Part shown: piece by piece, positions 54,058 through 64,000 of the stretch
Layout: each line of letters opens with the position of its first letter
How positions within the stretch are numbered: the stretch's first letter is position 1
DNA from: Glaucostegus cemiculus
Taxonomy: Eukaryota
Direction: 5' to 3'
Length of the DNA: 64,000 bases
NCBI GenBank assembly: GCA_976551045.1
Contig: CDPCPM010000076.1
Span: 26,350,001-26,414,000 of the forward strand
Made by a program: the position numbers and the translations under genes
The notes under the pieces: generated by a model
What the model was told of the DNA's origin: nothing
Databases searched by the model: none
The model's input: the letters and a program-made list of their open reading frames with translations, nothing else

Positions 54058-54520
54058 TGGCCTGAAATTTGGTGGGTTTTGGGGTAGTTCTGCATTTCTC
54101 AGCAGAGGTGCCCCAAAGTTTTAACACCTGCACAAACACAGAATATCCTGAATTTACTAGCCGAGCTCTGCCACAATTTCTTGGCTACTTTATGCCACTG
54201 GATTCCCCACAGAGCCCAGCAGTGTAGCAGGAGCTGGCTGAGATTTCCCAGCACAAGCTCTCAGATCCTGTGCCAAGTCAGACCTGGAGAAGGATCCACA
54301 AGCACTACATTTGAATGGAGATTTTAGGGCTGTGGGGAAGAAAGGGAATAATTTGTATTTTTTCAAAAATGTCATTTAATATTTTATTTAAATTTGTTCT
54401 AAATGATTATAGATTTGACTTTTTTGTTTAAAGTCAACAATGTAAAACTTTGAACATTTATTTTACTGTTAGATGTTATTGTTACAATTGCATGGGGCAC
54501 TGCTTCAAAAGATGAGGCAA
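54058..54520. mobile_element. Probable old non-autonomous DNA transposon remnant
   Basis: Begins ggcctgaaattt (Harbinger-like end), then a GC-rich and an AT-rich segment. Confidence 0.3.
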
Positions 54521-55054
54521 ATAGTTTAATTTAAAAATGCATGCATTTTTTATGCTGGCAGATGCCATCCAATATCTCAACCCCATTAAGCATTTTGATA
54601 GGAAAATATGTTTCCATTGTCTGCAGAAATGCAAGGTCATAATCTATACAAAGCAAATGTTTGACAGAATACTTTTAAATCAAAGAGTAGTCAAGCCAGA
54701 AAATGCCCTGCCTGAAACAATGGTGGAAGTGGAATCCATACAACTTAAGGAAGTAGCTAAGTTTGTGAAAAGAAAACTTTTAAAGGAAGGGAAAAACTGT
54801 AGGAGAATAAGACATAGAAACTCAATGCACAGTAAAGGATGCCCTAGTTGGGTATGACAGTGTGATACCAACAAAGCGTTAGATGCAACTCACTACAGAG
54901 TAGGATTGGGTAGGAGAAAGAGAAGGGAAAGTGTGTGATTCCTTGGCTGGCTTGTGTCTTAATATGGTTACAGAGCTGAGATGTTTTTGTTGCCCTAGGA
55001 GTGCCCAGTAACAGGAGCTTCTGGAACATCCTGGGTCACAACCTCTGACACTAC

Positions 55055-55540
55055 CTAACCACCAGGATGTGATTACACTGGAAAGGGTGCACAACAGATT
55101 TAACAGGATATTGCCTGGGATCAACCATTTCAATGACAGGAAAGACTGGATAGGCTAGGGTTTGTTTTCCTCGGAGTGAAGAAGGTGGACCTGACTGAGG
55201 TGTACAAAATTGCAAGGGGCATAGGTAGGCTATTTCTCCTTCGAAGAGGTGTCTATAACTAGTGGGCATATGTTGCAGTGAGGTGTAGGAGATTTAGAAG
55301 GGATGTATCGAAGATTTTTCTTCAAATCCAGAGGATGGTTGAAATCTGGGTCACACTGCCTTTGTGGCTGGTAGGGGGGGGGAAGTAATGCCTCCCACAT
55401 TTAAGAAATATTCAGATAAGCCCTTAAAACATCATAGCATTAAAAGTGACATGTTGAATGCTGGAAACTGGGATTAGTAGAGATAGGTAATTGATGGCTG
55501 GCACAAACGTTGAGGACCAAAGGGCCTGTTTCTATGATTA
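55055..55540 (+). mobile_element. CR1 LINE 3' fragment
   Basis: QDVITLERVHNRFNRILPGI...ERLDRLGFVF; tail ggaccaaagggcctgtttctatg. Confidence 0.85.
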
Positions 55541-57999
55541 AATTTCCCCACAATACTGCAAAAGGGGAGTTGCAAGGATACAGAAACAACTGATGTCTAC
55601 GGTTTTGCTCACTCTCAAAGGAAACACAGAAGCTGAAGAGCCAGGATAAATTATCAATCTGCAAACAGTGATGACCACAACACTCAACATCGGGAAAATG
55701 AGAGAAATTTTTAATCAATAGATAGTTGATGGCTTGTATTCTGTATAGTTGTATCAATTTTTGATGTGCAACTTACTTTCAGTCATGACATCAAACAGTT
55801 CTTCATTAAGGATTATTAGTGAATATAATAATAGCATCAGGTGATTAGTTAATTTGAATCACATTATCTGTTTGTTGCTACGGACAGAGTAAAATTATCC
55901 TCACACCAAAATACGTAAATTTGGACACCCAAATCTTGGCTGCAACTGTATGATGCAATCAATATTAAATAATCTTCACTGCAACCTTTTGGCAGAAGCA
56001 CCTATCATTTAATTGGCTATTTTGTACTCTCAGCAATTTGTAAAATTTGTCATTTAAACTATTCTCAGAATGAGTTTTCGCATTAGTCAGCACAACATCA
56101 TGGGCCAAAGGGCCTGTACTGTGCTGTAATGTTCTATTATCAAATTTAAGTTGTTTTTCCAAAGTGACTAACTGTATCAGCAATAAATATGGTATGCAGA
56201 TTCATGGGACTGGCCATATTCATTCAGCAACATTTGTCATTATTGATAACAAATTGGTCATACTCTGCAACGCGTCTATTCCTTTAGCTTTGTATTAAGG
56301 ACTTTCTTTGTTTGACATTTGCTATTCATTTTTCATCAATGATTGATTTAAAATCAGGTTCAGCATTGCATCAACCCAGGTTTAACCATTTATGCTTCAT
56401 CCTTCAACAGATTTAAACAGTTGCTGCTTTCCATTCTCTCCTGTAATGGGCATTAGATGACATACATCTCAAATATAGTCTCCTTTTCACTGTCATGCAT
56501 ATAATCCATCTGCTGCCTTTAGAAATTCAATGATTCACTACTAACTAATTGCACCTCAGTGCTAATTGTTTTTTAAATATGATGCCGAGGGTAGTTCAAG
56601 AATTCAGACTGCATATGTAACTTGACTATTTACTGTGTCTGCATGAAATTCACAGATGGCTCTCTTAGTTTGCTCCTATGAATGGATGGCGTTCACAGAT
56701 ACGTGTTCAGCTCAAATTCTACGGTTGCAGTTCAGTCTGTTCCCACAGTCACTGCCCAAATTGTTTCATGCAATTCACCGGAATAGTTATGGTAATTCTT
56801 TATCACCATGCAACTGTAGTGCCGTCTATTGTCACTTCAGACTATATTGAATATCCAGATAGGTACAAGTTAGTCAAAGGATTCTGGATCTCTTGTGCTA
56901 AAACAAAGTGACTATCAAAATCTTTCTAAAGGAATTAACAAAATTTGCACCAAATTTCAGAGATTTTTAGATTCCTTTCAAATCACATCATCTAGTAACT
57001 TCCAGGTCTATTCTTTCTTATTGTTCCTCCCCATATCAATAGTCTCCTCTCAACTACATTCTCAACCCAGCCTTAATTAAAAAAATCAATACAACAAATT
57101 GGTCAACTTCCTTCAGAGAATATGCTTTTGGGTCACAGCTTGCATTACTAAACAATGATCCCTTCCATGCCATAAAATAGGGTCAAGAAAATTTTAATGT
57201 AACGTTTGGAGACAATTTCATCATGCCCTTTGCAAGTTCAACCGACAAAACAGCCCTCACATTTGGTGACATCAACCTCATTCTACCACATCCTTTACTC
57301 GCTGGAACTGTTTCCAAGATGATTAGTTTCCTCATGTTTATTGAGCTCTCTATTTTCTCCTCAATAACACTCAATTTTCTCCATCAAAGGCACATATCTG
57401 GGGAAATGCTTCTGACACATCTTTCCTATTTCAAGATGAAAACAGAGCGATAAGCTTGTCATCTGATTGGTGATACTCTTATCTTCACTCTTCAACTCCT
57501 TTCCTGTCAACTCAAATTTTATATTTCTCTAGGTGATATGAGATGACTTTGGTCAATGCTCCACTGACTTCCACTGTTCCTCCAAAGTTTCAGATTTACT
57601 AAATTAAATTTCTCCTTCATAATGTATCATAATTTTGTGGAAGATTTACTGTATTCTTCTGTAATTTTCCAGTGTTGGCATCATACATTAAATAATCTAG
57701 AGGAGCACCTTGCATTCAATACTAAGATCCAATATTTCCAAGATTCAGTTACCTGAACCTTACAGCATATAGATAACATTTTTCCTGAAGAGATTAATTC
57801 AGTCACATTAGTCACATTATAAATAGCAGTTTTAATGCTAATTTAATCCATCATTCCAACAGCTGGACATGTTGCCAACATTTTCCTTTGAGAAGGTACT
57901 TCTCAGTGAGACTAAGCTGTATCAATGACATCAGACCAAATGTGTGCTGTCCGGAAAATGACAAATGAAGTGTAGCAAATTTATTTAATTCTTATACAG

Positions 58000-58408
58000 A
58001 AGCAAAAGACTGTGGACCCCAGAAACCTGAAATTAAAACTGAAAATACTCAGCACGTCTGGTAGCACCTGTGAAGAGGAAAAGTTAACAGCTCAGGTCAA
58101 TGAGCTTTCATCAGGACTGGGAAAAGAAATGCAACGAAACAGGTTTACAACTACAGTTTAGATTTCTTCAAGACAATGCTTTGACCACCCTCTAAGTGAG
58201 CACAACCACTATTCACTTTTCCAATCTCCATCCTGTCACAGACCTTCCCCTTTTGTTCTCTCTGGCCCTCCCCCTTTCCATACAACTTATCACTAGTTTC
58301 ATTTCTGACTTTTCCCAGTTCTGATGACAAGTCATCAAGCTGAAATATTAACTCTGTTTTGTCTCTCCACAGATGCGGCCTAGAGCTGAGTATTTCCAGC
58401 ATTTTCAT
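58000..58408. mobile_element. Inverted pair of Penelope-like terminal repeats (58000-58130 on -, 58200-58408 on +)
   Basis: gttaacagctcaggtcaatgagctttcatcaggactggg versus cccagttctgatgacaagtcatcaagctgaaatattaac...ctccacagatgc. Confidence 0.75.
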
Positions 58409-58651
58409 TTTTTTTATTTACAGTGTGGTAACAAGCCCTTTTGGCCCTCCGAGTCCACGCCGCCCATTTTAAACCCCCAAATTAACCTACCCGTACGTCT
58501 TTCAGAACGTGGAAGGAAACCGGAGCACCCGGAGGAAACCCATGCAGACACGGGAGAACATACAAACTCCTTACAGACAGCGACGGGAATTGAACCCCGA
58601 TCGCTGGCGCTGTAACATCGTCGCGTTAACCGCTACGCTATTGTGCCGCCT
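58409..58651 (-). mobile_element. Young full-length tRNA-derived V-SINE
   Basis: Reverse strand: ggcggcac start, A-box TAGCGTAGCGG, B-box GGTTCAATTCC, V-domain gggtttcctccgggtgctccggtttcc, CR1-like tail and A-rich end. CpGs are retained. Confidence 0.92.
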
Positions 58652-58694
58652 TAACACTACTACATTCTTATTACTGAAACTAAGTTCACAGTCG

Positions 58695-59000
58695 TACGAA
58701 CAAACGAACTAGGAGCAGGATTCTGCCAATCGGTCTCTCACACTACAGAGCTATTCATTGAGATGGCGACTGACCCAATTGTATCCTGAACATTCCATCT
58801 ACTCCTGGTACCCTTTCACCCACTTGGCTTCACCCACCCAATCTGCTTTCAATGCCCTTGAAGGAAGAGAGTTCCAAAAGATCCTCAAGAGAAAAATAAT
58901 CATCTCATCTGTCTTAAAGGGGTGACCTCTAACTCCAGATTCTCCCACAAGAGGAGACATTCTCTTCACGGGCATTTTACTGTTAAATTCTGTTATGTTT
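58695..59000 (-). mobile_element. Old CR1 3' end
   Basis: gaactaggagcagga tail; the reverse frame reads PLVGESGVRGH...WNSLPSRALKA. Confidence 0.7.
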
Positions 59001-59700
59001 GAAACAATTCTATTGGCTTTCTGTGAACACAAGTATACATATTTTAAATTCTGCTTTTATGGCAAATACTAAGATTTTAAAATTAAAAAGCTTAAGATAA
59101 ATCTTGCAAACCACATTTTTTTAAGGAAATTATATTGGAAAATATGCTATAACCAAGTGAAAGAATATTGCTGTTGGATGACTTACAATGTGGGATACGT
59201 GCAAAGCCTATGATGTGGGATCAGAGTGATGACCTAAAATAGACGTACAAAGCAATATTTTTATCCCCTTTTCTCTCAAGATATGATTTAGAAATTCTTT
59301 AAGATAGGTGACTTTGATTCAGTTGAACAAATATGAAAAAAAAGTGTAATTTCTGCCTGAATTCACATTTAAATGTCCAAATGATTAAAAACATGTTATT
59401 TGAACATTGACAGAAATTGAAAAATGTTCATGCAATTTCAAGATCTTTCAAACAGATACCAGAAAATAAAATGCTCTATTTTAGTCTGTTCAAAACTTCA
59501 AGCCTTATGAACTTATGCCCAGCAACCTGATCTATAAGATCTGCAGCAAGAATAGTTTAGCTAATGTTGTGTAATATTTAGGGATGAATATAGCATTTCT
59601 GAAGATCATCCATCTAGACATTACTTTGTACACTCTGTAACAGTGATCACTCTGTTCAAACACATCAGCAATGGTGGATGGAAAAAAATGTTTTACCTAC

Positions 59701-59784
59701 CTGCAGTAAGGATTTCTCCTAGACGCATACCTTAAGGTCAGGAAACGATAATAGAAAAAGGGGAGGAATAAATGAGCCCGGCCA
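59701..59784 (-). CDS. TMEM33: TMEM33-family (Pom33/Per33/Kr-h2) ER membrane protein, penultimate coding exon (84 nt, phase 2-2)
   Basis: Acceptor tgtgtttgtttcacAG and donor ag|GTaggt. Translates (x)GRAHLFLPFFYYRFLTLRYASRRNPYC(R), matching the TMEM33 signature PFIYYRFLTLRYSSRRNPYCR. Splices in frame to 49943. The symbol denotes the family; orthology versus paralogy is unresolved. Confidence 0.95.
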
Positions 59785-62767
59785 CTGTGAAACAAACACA
59801 TACATTTGGTTGATAAATTATTAATAGTGAGCATAAAAATTAAGATTGAAGTGATACATCAATAGCATTCACCTTTTATTGATACCTTAAACCAAGTACT
59901 GATGTAAAGATTAAGGTAGACAAGCATTCTTTGATACGAACACTTTGTTGGTCTGTTTCTTTAACATATATTAGTGTTCTTAAAATAAAGGAGAATTAAC
60001 CATTGTCCATAACCTCCATATCTGGGCTATCAAAGATTGTGCAAGTCAGATTTCACCAAGGTGACCCAGCTGAAACTATAGTTACCAATGTCTTTCTTTG
60101 GTGCTACAAGTTTTTGCTGAATGCAAGTGATCTGGGAGTTGACTCGTATTGCTGTGTATTAATTTTTAAGATAGCATGTAACAATTGCACTCCCTTAGGA
60201 AAAATTCTGATATCTATGCCATTTGAATACATTCTTCAATTTCTCTCAACATATACTGTGAGGGGAGGCTAGAAATGAATCCTTAAGCTGTCTTATTTCA
60301 TAACACATCTCATAGCAACAAGTATAATTAATCACTTGGGTGAGTTAATACAGCTTATCATTATCATTATGTAATAATAGAAGAACACGCCACACCTTCA
60401 CAATAAAAGAGTGATTTCACAATGCATACAAAGACGGAAAATATATTTCATCCTTACTATCTCCATTTCAGAGAAGGCCTTCATGACATTCCTTTTTATA
60501 AAATCAGACTAACTGCAAGATAAAAGAATGCAACACATTGGGTGTGAAGGTGTTTTTCAATTATCCAGATAAGGTAACAAATTTATTGTTGGGTAATTGG
60601 TGAAAACTGCTTGCAGTTAATATCAAATTTAATATTTACTGGCCAGACCAGTGACACTAACCTAAGAGAATATTTAGGGAAGACCCAATATTTTACAGCT
60701 TGATTAGTATTAGTTCTAAAATTTAATGATCATTAGGCTCACTAAGGTCAATATGATCTTGCTTGTAAATCTAAAACAAAAACACATTAAACTTAGCTTT
60801 TCGTTGAATTTAAGTTTTCTGTAAAAATAACAAGTTGAAAATCACTACCAATGTTTCCCACTTCAGACACATGTAATAAGGAACAATTTTTGTGCACATA
60901 AACATTATAATAACTAACCATAATTATAACTACAAAGGAAATCTCCATTAAATTAATTTCTATAAAGGGGTTCACTAGTGCACCAAAATCACTGCAAACA
61001 ATTTTGAATGGGTGCAGGTGGTAAACTGAAGATTGAGTGTTTGTTATATCCATGTTATTTTTCTGTAACATGCACCCCCCCCCCAACCTTGTTCTCAATT
61101 ATTTTCTGAGCAAAATAACTGAATAAAATATATGTCAAACTGGAAAGCATGTTCTTCATGCTACTAAAGCGAGTGCTAATTGCAAATTAGATTAACTATA
61201 TAATTATTACCTTTCAAAAAAATAAATTCAAGTTAATTTGTCAAAGTATTTTACCATAAGAAATGCTTTCAAATTAACTATACAATTCCAACAGACAGAT
61301 ATATTCATTCATTTATGAATGCCAGTTCCCTCAAAAAAAATGGAATAATTTCCATGTTATTTCCAAGAAATGTTCTTGTGTATTGGGTTGATGAATGATA
61401 GTTCTGCGAGATGGAATTCTTTGCAATTCTGGCATTGACTGCTGACATCAAACTCTTCCAACAAGTTGCTGGCTTAAGTTCCCTCTATTCTGCCTCAGAC
61501 ACATGCCTCAAACCCATGCCTAGAGAAACAATCAGTTGCACATTCATGCAATACTTCAACCACTTCCCACATGAGCAGCTCTGTGGCCTTTCTGCATGTG
61601 ATTGATAATTAGCACTGAACTAGGGACAACAATGCTGCTGGCTATATTAAAACTGCCTAACTTTATTTTCAGATGGATCATTATAGCCAGCAGAATGGAG
61701 GGAACTTTTAGCTCATCAGTCTTGGCTAGGTTGAACTAAGCCTTAGGATAAAAAATAATTCATATCACTTAAGATTGGCAAATGTGATTTTTAATTGTAA
61801 ACAGAAATTGTAATATTTTCTCCTCCTGCAAGATCGCTTCAAAAATAAAACGGAAACAGTGTTGTAATTCTAAAACAGCTTTTCATGAATCTTTTTTGAA
61901 AATATAATCAAACAATCCACACGGCGATTAAATGATTTTAGATCAATTCCAGATTGGGGAAAAGACAGCTTTTGGCACTTACGTTTCCAATTGTGGCTTT
62001 AGCATCAAATTACTTTTATTGGTATCTGTGAAATCTAAGGTATACATACAATCTGTGTCTTAAATTTAAGAAAACAATAATACAGGATATCATTTTTGTA
62101 TAAGTTGTGACATTTTGGCATGCATGGCAAGAAGATTTTAAATTTTTGTCACTGGTTCAGTTCACAGCCCGCATGTTAAAACAACTGCTGGTTCTAGTAC
62201 AACCATCTAAATTAAAAAAACAATATCAATACTATTCAACAAAACATACCAATAAATTAAATTAAAATCCCTTGATTTTGCTGTTCTACTACCTCAACTT
62301 GATTTACAGCCAATGTAGCTTACTTTTGAACTCACTATACTTCTCCTTCTATGGTTCTATCATTCAGAGATAAGCTCTGCATTGGAAGAAACAGTCCGTG
62401 CTTGGACCAAAGAATCAATTTTTCACTTCATCACGACTCAGAACTTTAAAACTGAAGGTGGTTATGTTTCATACTTCGATGTTCCAGTCCAACAGTCTGG
62501 TGCTACAGATGAGGTAATCTGCAATACTAAAAGCCAAACTAATTTAGACAAAAATAACAGTGCAATGATGTTTAATGTGTTTTACTAGTAAATTTTCCTC
62601 ATGTACGTTTACTCTGAGTTGTTCAACATTATGTTGTGGTTTTAGCTTATCTTTACTCTGGCTTGTAATTGACTTCCTACTGTGCTAAAATCTTAATTGC
62701 ATTCACTAATTTCATGAACTGGTACATCATTTTGCAAGGCCACCTAAAAGAAAAAATTGAATATAGA

Positions 62768-63335
62768 TCAAGGAGACACAAACAACAGCAGATGCTGGAA
62801 TATGGAGCAAAATACGAACTGCCTGCAGAGCTCAGCAGGTCAGACAGCATCTGTGGAAGAAAACAGGCAGTTGATGTTTCTGGATGAGACCCTTCATCTG
62901 GGCTGAAAGAGTAGTGGGGATATAAAGTGAGGGTTGGGGAAAGAGCTGGCAAGGGTCCAGGTTAGGAGGGGTTGATTAGCAGATGGAGTCAGGTGGGGGA
63001 GAGAAGGGTTGGAGAAAGTGACAGAGGCTGGGAGGTGATAGGTGGAAACAACAAAAGGTCCGCAGATTATGGAACCTGATTTAAGAAAGGAAGGTGAAGA
63101 ATGGAACCAAGTAAGAGAGCTGGGGTGGGCAGGCGGCAACAGTGTGGGGAGGGGTCCCAGTGGGAGGAGTGTGTGGGTGATGGTAGATAGAGTGAATGGG
63201 GAAGGGCAAAGAAACTGGGTGACAGGTGATGGTGGCTGGAAGGAAGTGTGCGAGAGAGAGAGAGGACCTGGGTAGAACAGAAGGAGAGAGAAAGGGACAG
63301 AAGGGAGAGCAAGTTATCCAAAATTAGAGAATTCT
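62768..63335 (-). mobile_element. Penelope-like element 3' end (GIY-YIG ORF terminus plus terminal repeat)
   Basis: The reverse strand reads NIEFSNFG*, then a pyrimidine-rich spacer, then cagatgaagggtctcatccagaaacatc...cagatgctgtctgacctgctgag...ccagcatctgc. Confidence 0.8.
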
Positions 63336-64000
63336 ATATTTATATACTGATCAAGACCTGGTGTATTTCAGTTCTGATGAAAGAATTAAACATTTTAGCC
63401 ACATTTATCAACTTTAAACACATACAGTGGATACTTTGCTTAGGAAGTAACAACTATGCAATCTGATGTGATTGCTCATATATTCACTTTTAGCTTATCA
63501 TGGGTGAGATGGATATGACATGCTTTTCTATCTTATGTGCTGAGGGAATCAAAAACAACTACAATTTATGGGTGTGGGGGAACAGACATAAAACTAAATA
63601 GTATAATGGGGTGAAAAAAATTAAATGCATGTCCACTGACAGGATTGACAGCATGATCTAAAATCCATGCTGTTTAAAGAAGCTATGAACTTTAAGCTAC
63701 TGCTAGCAGCAGGTAGGTCTATAAGGGAAAGAAGATAAAATTTGGGGTGTGTGGGGTTGGGGGGCAGTGGAGTCAAACAAGAGGAGGGAGGAAATGGAAG
63801 GTAATCTGGAAGCAGCTGGTTTTAGTGGGTTTTTGCTCCTCTGGGCTCCACATTGTTATTTTCATAAATTTACCTTTTTTTTGGATGTCCCATTAAGGAC
63901 CACAAGTTGGGCTATGTACATCAGCTGTAATCTGGATTTTGCACTGGATGCTTCAAAGGGGTTTGATCTCATTATCTATACCTACAAGAGTCCAGAGTGC

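Noticed and set aside
58560-58651. tRNA-like A and B boxes
   Set aside because: Head of a V-SINE, not a tRNA gene; it continues into the V-domain and a CR1-like tail.
59701-59730. Alternative reading as a 30-nt microexon (GMRLGEILTA), or a 54-nt exon using the internal aag|gtatgc
   Set aside because: The full 84-nt exon gives the TMEM33 signature in frame and splices correctly to the last exon.
62364-62433. Minus-strand GTGATGA...CTGA about 70 nt apart, resembling an intronic C/D snoRNA
   Set aside because: No terminal stem, no clear C'/D' boxes and no recognised rRNA guide; such pairs are expected by chance.
1-64000. CRISPR arrays, operons, rRNA genes or other prokaryotic systems
   Set aside because: The sequence is vertebrate genomic DNA; I saw no regularly spaced repeat-spacer arrays, rRNA similarity or dense ORFs.

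Overview
Eukaryotic, AT-rich, repeat-dense vertebrate DNA. The CR1, Rex/Babar, Tx1-like, Penelope, V-SINE and Harbinger repertoire points to a cartilaginous fish, probably a ray or sawfish (inferred from repeat families). The only host coding sequence I can support is the last two coding exons of a TMEM33-family gene on the minus strand (59701-59784 and 49817-49943), neither of which is in the ORF track. The peptide is divergent from the gnathostome TMEM33 sequence as I recall it, which suggests a second paralogue. The ~49 kb downstream has no recognisable host exon. It contains a ~7 kb two-gene fossil Harbinger transposon (Myb/SANT gene plus convergent transposase) with nested retroelements, a young 5'-truncated Tx1/L1-clade LINE, and many CR1, SINE and Penelope fragments. 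Several Penelope termini carry decayed hammerhead-ribozyme cores. A second Harbinger transposase fossil lies in the last TMEM33-like intron. Almost all ORF-track entries are spurious or TE-derived. Repeat boundaries are approximate, and all family assignments come from remembered motifs, not database searches.
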